Shown: piece after piece, positions 47,081 to 58,181 of the stretch | How the letters are laid out: each line of letters opens with the position of its first letter | Numbering within the stretch: the first letter of the stretch is position 1 | NCBI RefSeq assembly: GCF_000143415.4 | Contig: NW_003314274.1 | Coordinates: forward strand, 1,502,851 to 1,566,850 | Origin: Selaginella moellendorffii | Taxonomy: Eukaryota > Plantae > Lycopodiophyta | Direction of reading: 5' to 3' | Length of the DNA: 64,000 nt | Made by a program: the position numbers and the translations under genes | Notes under the pieces: model-generated | Database searches by the model: none | The model's input: the letters and a program-made list of their open reading frames with translations, nothing else | What the model was told of the DNA's origin: nothing

Positions 47081-50000
47081 TTAACCGTCTTCTTTCGCGG
47101 CTTCCTCTTTGCGTATTCTTTCCTCCTCTTCTTTGTTGAAGATCGCGTTCAGCTGTCTCTCCAGCTGCGAAACAGGATTCCATTCGTGAGCGAAAAAGAA
47201 AACAAGAACACCAAGTACCTGGACATTGCGAAGCTTCATCATTTGCAGCTCGTCACCAAGCACTCCCACTCTAAACAAGCAAAGTGTTAAATTCGACAGA
47301 GTGTCTTACATAGAGACTTGATTTCTCACCTCACTTGCAGTTCAAGGACTTGTTGGCGAAGGTCACGTTCACGGTCCGAGCAGTTGTGATCGCTCTGTTT
47401 GAAGCAACAAGTTTGTCACTTTTCGGATGAAAACAACATACACATACCCCGTGGTCTACTGCACTCGCACTCGCACTCCGACTCAAGCGCTGGTTGGACG
47501 CGCCTGCGCAAAAAAAGTCATGTAAGAACAATAACGTGGAATTGCAGCCACTTACCAGCGGATAAGTCAGTCCCATGGTTGCATACAATGGTCATCAGAT
47601 TCACAATCATGTCCTGTTGGAATTAGCAGCTTCACGGTTCTGTAACATTCAACATCGTTGCATACCTGCTGCATCGCCGTTTGGTTTAAAAGATTCTGGA
47701 GCAGTGGCAGTAATGCCGCAGTCGACACGGGAGTGTAGCCAGTAGTAGATGGTGTGGCTGGAGATGGAGATGTACCGGATGACTGTGGAAAAACTTGCTG
47801 GTACATCTAAGCCACCAAAGCGTTAAGATTTACTGACACAAACTAATAGAAAGTTCAACCTGGGCACTCGAAGTTCTTCGGAGACTTGAGGGAGAGAGAA
47901 GTTCCTGCAGCAGCAGATGTTAAGTACTTATCAACGCAAAAGAAGAGTCAACTGTACCGAATGCTCAATAGAGTTTACACTGCTTTTTACTTTCACATTT
48001 GGAAGAGCGGCAAGCCTTTCCACATCCTTGTTCTGCAACGAGCTTATTACATAGAATCTTACTAGCATTTAGACAGCAAACTAATACCTCCTTAAGGTCC
48101 TTGAGATTGACATCTGCCGAGGTTACGGAGAACCGTCCTTTCTTCTGGACGACGGGCCCTTTGACCTTCTCATCCTCTTTTCCTGTTTCATTCAGACAAT
48201 TGAGACGACTCAAATAATAAATCAAAGAGGCTATACCAGGTGGGGGCTTGGCTGATCCATTTGCAGGTCGATGGTCAACGACTCCATTGCTAGATGGCAC
48301 AGTAGAGGGGTTCTCCTCTCCTGAGGGGCGCATCGTTAGCTTGTGATCTCTGAAGTCAAATGCCGTCAGGATCAAGGAAGAAAAATTGCAATATGTTACC
48401 TGGTTCTCTCGTCATCCAAAGGCTTGTCTGTAAGTGCATCATCAAAATCTAACTGTCGGTTGTGATCCATTGAAATATCTTTTGCGTTTATGATTTTCGA
48501 GTCATCAAGCTCTTTATCTTCGAACTTTTCCTCCTTGTGGTGCGCAAGCGCACTTTCTTCGCCGTTGAGTTGTTCTGCGTTCTCACACCAGTTTGATGAA
48601 TCTATCTCCACGTTATCGACGAAGACATTGAACCGGCCTCTGTAAAGAAACGATTTGATTAACTTAAAATAGTCGAGAGAATAATACTTACCTTATCTTG
48701 GCTCCATTTGGCGGCTTGCGAACTATGCACTCTTCTCCCTACATTTGAAACGAACAAAATAGTTTACGTATAGGAAGACAAACTACTTACATCGAGAGGT
48801 ATCTCGGCCTTGATAGTCTCAGAGATAAGATTATCGTCGGCGGATATTGTCGTATGAGGCGAGGCTACTCTAGAAACAGTTTTAGAGGGAACTCCTTCCT
48901 CCTCTTTCTTGATGACAGGAGCATAATCATCGTCTTGCAACTGCATTGCATCAAACTGGTCAAAATGAAATAACCATACTGTCATTCAAGTTACCATTGC
49001 TGCCTGTGCTTTGAGATCCTCAACGTCAAAATTCCAGCCACTTACTCCGCGTTTATAAGCGTTCTGCATGGTTTATTCCCGTGTTACATTTATAACAATA
49101 CATTTTTCTAGCCTGACCTGGGATTTTTCTTCCTGCTCCTCGAAAGTAGACGTTTTCTTTTCCGCAAGTCGTGCAGCATCCTTCAGCTGGTGTCACAAAA
49201 TGTTACCTCATGGCACCATACAGATCCAATTCTCATACCTTCACATCCCTCACACGTTCCCAGAGAGGTGGAAGGCCGTCCAGAACGTGACGGACTATAT
49301 AGTCGCTTGACTTTGCCGATTTGAAAAAAGAATGCTTCAAAAGCTTTTCGGCTGTTGGCCTTTTTGTCGGGTCCTTAACCAAACACATGGCAATCATCTC
49401 CTTGAAAGACTAAATTAGCAAAAGGCAGCTGTTAAAAAGCGCAAAAGAAACTAGATTAAAGTGACCTTAGAAAAGCGCTTGTCCCTCTCGTAAGTCAATC
49501 CAGGAGCTGCATTTTGTAAAGTCATCAGTAGAACCTGTCAAGCGCATTCAGCACTCGAAGGAACATAAAAATCACGGATTTACCTTCAGAGGTGGATATT
49601 TCGAGAACGGAGCATGGCCGTGTGCAAGCTCTAGAGCAGTTATACCGAAAGACCATACGTCAGCCCTGTGGGCACACACTGGGAGATAAGAAAAATCGAA
49701 AGAAAGTAATTTAGAATTGTACTTAAAATCGTAACCATTGATCTGCTCCATGACCTCCGGCGCCATCCTGCAGAGATTCGTTAAGAATGAATCTCGAACA
49801 GAATCATATTGATTGCGTACCAGCAAGGTGTCCCCACAAAAGTTTTTCTCGACCATTGCCTATCGCCATTGTCAAACATGAAAGCCGCGACGCCAAAATC
49901 ACCGAGCTTCACGGCACCGTTCTCGTGTATGAGGATATTCCCAGCCTTGATAGAACACCCAAATTAGATAGATCCAAGGACAGTTGACTTGAGAGGAACA

Positions 50001-50513
50001 TACCTTCACATCTCGATGAATGTGTCCCTGTCGGTGAAGATACTCCAAAGCTTTCAACGTATCGCGAAGAATTGTCGCAATAACCGGCTCGTCGAATCCA
50101 TCGGGAGATGTTGCCTTCATGATGTGAAGACACGAGCCACCTCCCATATACGGCATGACTACCCAAAGATGCTGAGACACCACAAACGAGCAGTGTGCCT
50201 TCACGACATTGGAATGGTTGATCAAGCTCATTGTCTGAGCTTCCTTTCGGATGGTATCCTGGGAAGCACGGACATCTAAGTCAGCTACCAGCAAGGAAGA
50301 AATAAAACTTTAAGATGAGCTCGAAAGTATCGGTATACTTACCAAAGTCCCACTGCATTTCTCCAAATCCAGCTGCTTCACCGCGACATATTCTCCAAGA
50401 GGCACGCAAAATGCCCGAAACACCAATCCGCTCACGCCCTGCCCGATCTCTTCGAGCAACTTGTAGTCGGCTGGTACCACTGGATACTTCCCCTTGTCCT
50501 TTCGCTCCTCCAT
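47081..50513 (-). CDS. STE20-family (OSR1/SPAK, BLUS1-related MAP4K) Ser/Thr kinase
   Basis: [37 protein letters not shown]|[43 protein letters not shown] and a C-terminal coiled coil. Confidence 0.95.
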
Positions 50514-51188
50514 ATCTTCCACAGGAATATTTTCACTTGGACTATGGCTGTCCGATTCGCGTACTGTTCATCGCACACGAGCGTCGAAATATTTCGGCAC
50601 CGCGAGCTCACGGGAGCACGGATTTCTCGATCTTGGACGCGGCGCCGCGGATATTCTCGCGATCAAACCGCCACCGCCTACTCGCATTCCCCGATCCCTC
50701 CCCGCGGCCTCAATTCCTGAAATTGGATCCCAAATATCGGTAGCGTAGGAGCAAAGATCCACGCAAACAAGGAAAAGCGCCGCAACAAGGGAGAAATTCC
50801 ACCGAGCTTACACTGGCGATCGTCCAGCGCCACAGCAGCGTCGCAGCGCCATCGCCGCGCATTAAATTCGGGATCGAAATCCCGTTGCTCGGTCTTCTTT
50901 CAAGCTCCCGCAACGCAAGCTTGCTCGCTCATGCACAGCCTCGGCCCGGACCTACGAGCCCCAAACCTAGAATGGCCTATAAAACGGCCGTCAAACCCCC
51001 CGTGACGGCCACGCCTCAGCTCGTCATGGACCCGTCACCGCACGCCACGGCCTCTCCCGTGCGCTTCTGTGCACGAAAACAGTGGCATTACTGATAACAA
51101 GAAGCCAATCATAGTCTCAACCCCCTCTCTCGTTTAGAAAAAAAAATTAAACAATTCAAACGGCTGACCGTTGACAATTTTTGACCCT

Positions 51189-52004
51189 CTAGAACCCTAA
51201 AACTTCTTTCTTGCGAGCGTTTCGAAACGCGCAGCAGCCCACAGAATAGACGATCACCAGGAAGAAGAACATCACCGCGCTCACGAACGCGACCTTGCGC
51301 CAGTCGCGCTTGATGTTCTCGAGCACTCCCGCCTTGCAGGAATCGCAATCCAGGCACAGATCCTCCTGGTTCCACCGCGAGCAATCCGGGTCGGAATTAG
51401 GGTTCTGGGGATCCGCCCAGCTTGTGGCGTTGGCGAAGCCACACGCCGCTGGAGGCCGGCAGCATCCAGACTGCAAAGGGACTAGACACAATCAATCCAA
51501 TTCGAGGAGATTGGGCCACACCTGCAATGGGGAGTAATTGGTGAATGTAGCTTCTTCCAGGCCGACGCAAACCCTCGCAGCGATCAAGCAGCTCTTGATC
51601 TTTGCCCAATTCCCCGGATTCTTGACGCGATCTTGGAGCCAGGGCGAGTAATCCGTGAGCCTATACTCCTCGTAGCCCAATCCAGCCAGAGAATGCCTGG
51701 CACCGCCCCTGCTCGTCACCACAAACGCAAATGCCGTGAATGCCAGCAGCGCTAGGATGAGCAGCAGCATAACCAGGAGATAGATCCACAGCAGCCACGC
51801 GATCCGGAAGCAGCTGCCGATAAATCCCGCCAGGGACACGAGCAGGATGAAGAGCCCTAGCGCGATCACGGGAAACTGGAGGAATTTCACGCACACCGTC
51901 TCGTGCCGGTGCGCAAGCCAAATTCCCGCACCAATCACCGCCAGCGAGAGGATCATCGCCGCAAAATTCAGGATCCCCGTGAGGTAGTTGCTCGTCAGAC
52001 CCAT
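51189..52004 (-). CDS. Tetraspanin (2 exons)
   Basis: SNYLTGILNF, four TM segments, EYRLTDYSPWLQ, plant GCC(K/R)P motif QSGCCRPPAACG, CLDCDSCKAGVL. Confidence 0.96.
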
Positions 52005-52167
52005 CAGATCGATCGATCGATCGGGCTGGAATCGCCTAGAACACTCGCGTACGGAAGCGCGACAAAAATGCCCGGCCTTGGCATCTGCTGCTCCAGGCCA
52101 GCGCGCGTACGGACGGGGATAAGAATGGGCCACCATTTTAATGAGCGTGACAAGGACCTGCCCGGCG

Positions 52168-54486
52168 TCATCTGACCGTACAGAGGTTGGACATCACGAC
52201 GTACGCCGAGGAGTGGCCATGGTCCAAGCTCCGGGCCTTTTGGGCTGTCCGTACACCCCGGTGTACGTCACCGTGGATGTGGCAAGCGCCCAAGAGGCTC
52301 ATCCATTGGGCGGGAGATGGCCAAATGGGCATGGTTTGAATGAGCTCCTCAACCCTATCGAGGCGCCCAGCGCGGCCGAGAAGATCGACGAGGCAGCCAT
52401 AGTTGTCCTCCAGTGGCTCGATAGAGTAGTCCCCGATCATGAGATGGAACTGGCGGCGGGCCTCTCGGATCGATCCGGCATGCGCGCATGCGAAGAGCAC
52501 ACAGGTGAAGCTTATCACATTCGGCGCCACGCCCTCTTGATCCATTCTTTGCAGTAGGTCCATCGATTCGCGCAGGTCACCCTGGTGAGCGTAGGCCCCG
52601 ATGATCGCGTTCCAGGAGATGGAGTTCTTGCCCCGGATCTCCTCGAACGCCGCCCTCACGCTGGCGGGGGCGCCGCAGCGATCATACATGTTGACTAGCG
52701 CGGTGCCCGGGATCACGCTGCTTGAGAGCCCCTTGGCGGCGATGGCGGCATGGATCTTCCGCCCTTCTCGCAGGTCCTCGCACGCATCCAGCGCGCTCAC
52801 CAGCGTCAGCTGGTTGGGATGGATCCCTTGGAGCTCCATTCTACTCAGTAGCAGCAGGGCTTGATCACCGTGACCCTGGTGAGCGCAAGCTGTGATCATC
52901 GACGTCCACGGGATCACATCGTCCCTCCGCTCGTCGCCCATTCGATCGAATACTCTCCAGGCGCTCTCGATGCTACCGCAGTTGCCATACATGTCAATGA
53001 GCGCCGTCTCCACGCTTTGGGACTCGTGGATTCTATTGCTCTGATCGTATTCTTCGTGGATCCTCCTCCCTTCCTCGATCAATTCCGGCGTGTTTGACAC
53101 CGCCTCCAGCACGCTCAAGAACGCGATCTCGTCGGGCTTCGTCCCTTCCGCGTCCATTTGCTTGAAGATCTGGAGAGCTCTCCGGGGGAATCCATGCTGG
53201 GCATACGCGGCGATCAGCGACGTCCACGACACGATCGTCCTGCACTGCAACGAATTGAAGACGCTCTCGGCATCGATCAAGCTCCCGCATTTGCCATACA
53301 TCGTCACCAGCGCATTGCTCAACCGGGTGGAGCTCTCGTCGATCACTCCACTGCCCGCGGCGGCGATCCTCTCGTGAATTCTCCTCCCATCCTCCAGGAA
53401 CTCCGCGCTGGAGCAAGCGCTCAGCGCAGTCAAGAATGTGTTCTCCATCGCCCTCACGCCTTCGCAATCCATGAGCTTGAGCAAACGCAGCGCTTCCTTG
53501 GCCTTCCCATGCTGAGCATGAGCTCCAATCAGAATGCCCCACGTCACCCCGTTCCTGTACGGCATGCCCACGAATACCGCCATGGCCTCGTCCAGGCTGC
53601 CGCACCGCCCGTACGTGCTCACCAGCGTGTTCCCGATTAGGGCTTCACGCTCGAGGCCGCGAGCGGCGAGGTCGCCATGGAGTCTCTTCACCGAATCGAT
53701 CGATTCGCAGGTTACAAGACTGCTCAAGAACGTCGATCGATCGGGCGCCAGCCCCGCGGGTTCGATCCGGTAATACAGCTCCAGCGCTAGATCTCCACGG
53801 CCGTGAAGAGAATACGCTGCGATCATCGCGTTCCAGGCGATAATATCCCGCTTTCTCATCCGGTCGAAGAGATCCCGAGCTCGATCGAGGCCGCCGCACC
53901 TGGCATACATGCTCACCAGCGCCGTGCCGAGATTTCCACTCAGATCGAACCCGCTTGCCTCGATCCGGGCGTGGAGGCGCTCACCCCGGGCGAGATCCAT
54001 TGCCAGGGTGCAGGCGCCCAGGAGATTGATAAACGTGACATGGCTGGCCTTGACGCCGTGGAGATCCATGCTTCCGAGAAGATCCAGCGCCTCTCGCAAA
54101 TGCCCATTCTCGGCATACGCAGTGACGAGAATGCTCCAGGAGAAGACGTTTGGATGCTCGATGGACTCAAATGCGGCGATGGCGTCGTCCAGAGCTTCGC
54201 ATTTCCCGTACATTCTCACGAGGAGATTCCCGAGAATGGTGTCGCCGCCGGCGCCCGCGCTGTTGATCTGGGCGTGGAGGCGCTTGCCCTGCGGGAGATC
54301 TCTGGAGCTTGCGCAGGCGCGAAGGAGATCCATGTAGGTGGAGAAATCCGCAGCAACTCCTCGCTTCTCGAGGCGATCCAGCCTCTCGCTAACATCACTG
54401 TGGCTCGGTCTCGCGGCTCTATCTCCATATCCAGCGCAAGAGCAGAAAAACCTTCTTGCTCTTCCCGAGACACGTCTTTGCAACAT
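52168..54486 (-). CDS. PLS-class PPR protein with truncated E domain, no DYW; intronless
   Basis: Repeated MYGKCG/VSWT/FLSVL motifs; ends YGCLVDLLGRAG...WMSLLGACHIHGD...SAYVVMSNL. Confidence 0.95.
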   Translation of the reverse strand: MLQRRVSGRARRFFCSCAGYGDRAARPSHSDVSERLDRLEKRGVAADFSTYMDLLRACASSRDLPQGKRLHAQINSAGAGGDTILGNLLVRMYGKCEALDDAIAAFESIEHPNVFSWSILVTAYAENGHLREALDLLGSMDLHGVKASHVTFINLLGACTLAMDLARGERLHARIEASGFDLSGNLGTALVSMYARCGGLDRARDLFDRMRKRDIIAWNAMIAAYSLHGRGDLALELYYRIEPAGLAPDRSTFLSSLVTCESIDSVKRLHGDLAARGLEREALIGNTLVSTYGRCGSLDEAMAVFVGMPYRNGVTWGILIGAHAQHGKAKEALRLLKLMDCEGVRAMENTFLTALSACSSAEFLEDGRRIHERIAAAGSGVIDESSTRLSNALVTMYGKCGSLIDAESVFNSLQCRTIVSWTSLIAAYAQHGFPRRALQIFKQMDAEGTKPDEIAFLSVLEAVSNTPELIEEGRRIHEEYDQSNRIHESQSVETALIDMYGNCGSIESAWRVFDRMGDERRDDVIPWTSMITACAHQGHGDQALLLLSRMELQGIHPNQLTLVSALDACEDLREGRKIHAAIAAKGLSSSVIPGTALVNMYDRCGAPASVRAAFEEIRGKNSISWNAIIGAYAHQGDLRESMDLLQRMDQEGVAPNVISFTCVLFACAHAGSIREARRQFHLMIGDYSIEPLEDNYGCLVDLLGRAGRLDRVEELIQTMPIWPSPAQWMSLLGACHIHGDVHRGVRTAQKARSLDHGHSSAYVVMSNLCTVR

Positions 54487-55192
54487 CAATCCATTGAGAT
54501 CCTATGACCTTATCAGATTGAAAGAGAGAATCCCGCACTTCAATCCCTCTTGTTGTGGCCACAGATATTGGAACCATTCAATGTTGTTGCAGTTGCCCAT
54601 GCGGGAACAAATGATATTTCTTAGGACATAAAGCAGCTACCTTTGGGATTGCAAGTCAGCACCTCAGGTTGATTGAAAGTGAGAATCCCACACCTATCCC
54701 CGCAGAACTTGGAGGCGGGGTTTGATGAAAGTGTGGAAGTGCTTGATCTGGAGATCGCAGCTCCGGCAGCAAAGCTTTGTACGATTCGCGCTGCCCGGCT
54801 AGAAATTCATAGGCATTCTAGGCTCATTTAGCCGCTGAAAATGTTAAATAATATTTAATATCAGACCTATTGGCTCAGCTGGACAATTGTAAACCTCGTG
54901 TTATTCCTCTATGTTTCAAGCAGTTTTGTTTCCTGCTGGCTATATGATTCTTGATGAGGTGTTGTGTGGTTTTTCTTGGTGATCATGCAGGAAATTATTG
55001 AGTTCGATTATAATTATTTGACGTAAAATAGAAAAATAATGATTAAAAATGACCAATAAATTCTTAATTATCAAAATAAAATCCAAAATAAGCATCTTTC
55101 AATAATGACACAATAATACAAAATAATAATAATGAACATATACTTTATATAAAGCATGTAGCTTCCAATAATTTACTTATACACTTTCAGAA

Positions 55193-56171
55193 ATGACTAA
55201 TTTTTTTATTTATGTTTTTTTATTTACTAGTATTTTTCCCTTCACTAATTCTCAAGTTGATCCATGTCAACATGACTCAGATTGTATTTCAGGTTATCAC
55301 TGCGATAATGCTAATTGTGTCAAAAACAAATCATGTTTTCCAGGTATAGTTCACTTTATCATATTCGTAGCCCTAATTTTATTACTAGGTGATGCTATTT
55401 TAAAGCTTTCTAATGGTAAACGAAAACAAATAAAGGATATTTCAATTGGTGATAAGGTTTGTAAGATTAATCACTTAATTTTACTCTTAACTGTTGTAAT
55501 TAGGTTGCAATCCGAAATAAAGATGGAAAAATAGATTATTCTGATATATATGCTTTTGGACATAAAGATATTGAGCCTTATGAAGAATTTATTCATATTA
55601 ATACTGAAAATAATAAGAGCATTGAGTTATCTAGTTTACATTTTATACCAACTAAAAGTAAGAATTTTTATTTACTATTTCATGCATCATATTCCTAATA
55701 ATCCATTTTAGATTCAAAATCAATACTATATAAGTATGCAAAGGATATTACTTTTGCAGATACTTTATTAGTTTTGGATGAGCAATCAGGAGAACTATTA
55801 CCTAATAATATATCAGGTAAGTATTAATTTTCAGTTTTTTATTTTTAATTAATTCATCTTTAGATATTTATATATCAAAAAAATATGGCCTTTACAATCC
55901 ATTTACATTGTCTGGAGATTTAATTGTAAATGATATTGTAGTATCAACTCACAGTGATTGGTTTTTAGATGAGATATTTGAATATTTAAAACTAAGCTAT
56001 TTATTACCTGATATATATCATAATTTTTTATTTCCAATTCAATTACTATATAGATATTTAAATATTGATATTTATTTAAAATTATACAACTTAGTGGACA
56101 CCATGGTTAATAATATTAGCTCTATTATGGTAGTTGCTGCTTTATCAATGTTTATTAAGAAACAAAAGTAA
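55193..56171 (+). CDS. Secreted Cys-rich peptide fused to a Hedgehog-type Hint/Hog autoprocessing domain (5 exons, 261 aa)
   Basis: Exons 55193-55343, 55389-55456, 55504-55657, 55712-55816 and 55864-56171, all with GT-AG introns, join in frame: signal peptide-QVDPCQHDSDCISGYHCDNANCVKNKS-CFPGDAILKLSNGKRKQIKDISIGDKV...YSDIYAFGHKD...IELSSLHFI...YAKDI...GLYNPFTLSGDLIVNDIVVSTHS...HNFLFPIQLLYRYL. Confidence 0.9.
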
Positions 56172-56243
56172 AGATAATAAAATAGTTAATAAAAAATAAA
56201 GCAGAAATAATAAGATAATTCTAATTAATAATTAATTTTTAAA

Positions 56244-56347
56244 TGTGTGTGTGTATGTGTGTGTGTGTATATATATATGTATGTATGTATACATATATAT
56301 ATATATGTATGTATATATATATATGTATGTATATATATATATGTATG

Positions 56348-56380
<33 letters not shown>

Positions 56381-56387
56381 GAATATG

Positions 56388-56420
<33 letters not shown>
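56244..56420. repeat. Compound microsatellite (TG)n/(TA)n/(TATG)n/(CT)n
   Basis: Visible dinucleotide and tetranucleotide runs. Confidence 0.95.
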
Positions 56421-56421
<1 letters not shown>

Positions 56422-58005
56422 AAAAAAAAATTCTTTGTGAGTTTTGAATGGATTAATTAATTACATAAATTTTATATTTTATTTCAGTAGTAATGTTTAG
56501 AAAATAAAGGAAAACAATAGTTATGGCAAGCAAAATATGATGGGAGTATTAATATGAGAATATTTATTTTTTATTTTGTATACAAGGATGTTTTGATTGT
56601 TATAATAGCAATCTAAACGTGATTGTATCCATGACACACAAGACTGCCACATAAGCCAATTAAGAAAAAAAGGCTTTCTCTCTCTTAAGTGATTCTAGTG
56701 ATCACATGTGGATCTAGTGTAAGTTGTGTTTCCAATGCTACTGTCAGAACAAGATTTTTTAGTTAGTTCTTCCTTCTGCAAGACATCTTGCTCCACATGG
56801 AGTTGTCATATGAAGAATTTATACAAGGCACTAATATGTATGCTTGTGTTCACGTTGAATTTCTTGGGTCAAGTCCACTAGTGACTGATAATCAAGCTTG
56901 GTGGGCATGATCTTCTTCCAAACACTCATCCTCTTGGCCAGGGCCTTGCTCTGGCCTTGCTGCAGTGGATGGAATCACAATCGCTCTATACAAATAGAAT
57001 TTAGTATCATGAGATCACTTTGATGGAATGGTTCTTTCCATCCATATGTTATTGTGGCAGAACTCCCACAATCTTGATCAGCTCTCCTCTTGGAATAGCA
57101 AAATCTTGCACCTTACTTTCAATCTTATTGTTACATATTCCTTGAGATTTAGCATCATCAAAAGGCCATGATTTCAATATGCAGCATTTGATTCCAGGAA
57201 AAAAGAAAACAAAACCATTCAAACATAATGTTCATACTAATGTATACCCATGTCTACAAAAATGATGTATCCAAAGATTATTTGGTGAGTCATACAGTGT
57301 GTTTAAACAATTCAAACATGTGTGTTTTAAATTGATTTTATCTTGCAATATAATTGATTTGCAGTGTGTTATTTGTAAAATAGGTGTCTATATATCTGAA
57401 TGAAACCCTGCAACTTCAAACATACAAACTTTATACAGTGGTCACTTGCCACAAGTACTGGACACCCCAATATATTCCACCAATCCTTTGGTAGGAATAT
57501 GCTGAGGATCCAATAGCCATTCCATAGTCATCCAATAAGATGGGATGGTTAGAATCATAGCCCATACATGCCATTGATATTCATGCCTTTGATTTAGGTT
57601 ATTTAGTCAATCATGGTCATAGACTTCTTTAGCAGTTGCAATCCCTTTCATAAATGCATTGATATAAGTGTCAAAAGACATGAAAATGTTGTTTGGATTA
57701 TCATTGGTTTGCAGTGCCAAATCTCACCTTTACCTATAGTTTTTGTGATATAAATAGTTTTTTTCATTATATTCTTAAAAACTTTTAGTAGTACTCTCTC
57801 TCTATTCATGAAGTAGATATTGAAGAACTTTAAAGTCTTTATCTATTGTTTGCATGGAAAGATTAATTTTGCAATGTTGTAAATTATATCATTTGGAGTT
57901 TTATTCACTACCAAAGTAACATATGTGTAATTGAGAAAAATGAAATACAATTTTTGTTATAGTCTCTAACCACTCTTTTGTACTGCAATTATCTATAATA
58001 CATAC

Positions 58006-58181
58006 TGTGATTGCTTGGAATATGGAAAGGGAATATAAAAAATGTGTATATTAATTAGCCCAAAAACCCTAATTTATATACAGGAGCAAGTGGTCCAAAT
58101 TGAAACCAATCCGATGGCTACCAAAATCCCATTATGGTAATATTAGTATACGGCATTATAACCGTACGCTTGGACCTCACA
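58006..58181 (-). repeat. 3' LTR of the Gypsy element (polypurine tract adjacent at 58182-58197)
   Basis: TG...CA ends; homologous to 62805-62978; minus-strand GAGAGGAGGGGATGA immediately precedes it. Confidence 0.9.

Noticed and set aside
55334-55960. Interpretation of the Hint domain as a true intein
   Set aside because: No C-terminal His-Asn splice junction (it reads STHS), no host protein, and a signal peptide and SRR-like tail are present, which fits the Hedgehog/Hog type
56247-56447. 66-aa [15 protein letters not shown]...
   Set aside because: Translation of a microsatellite
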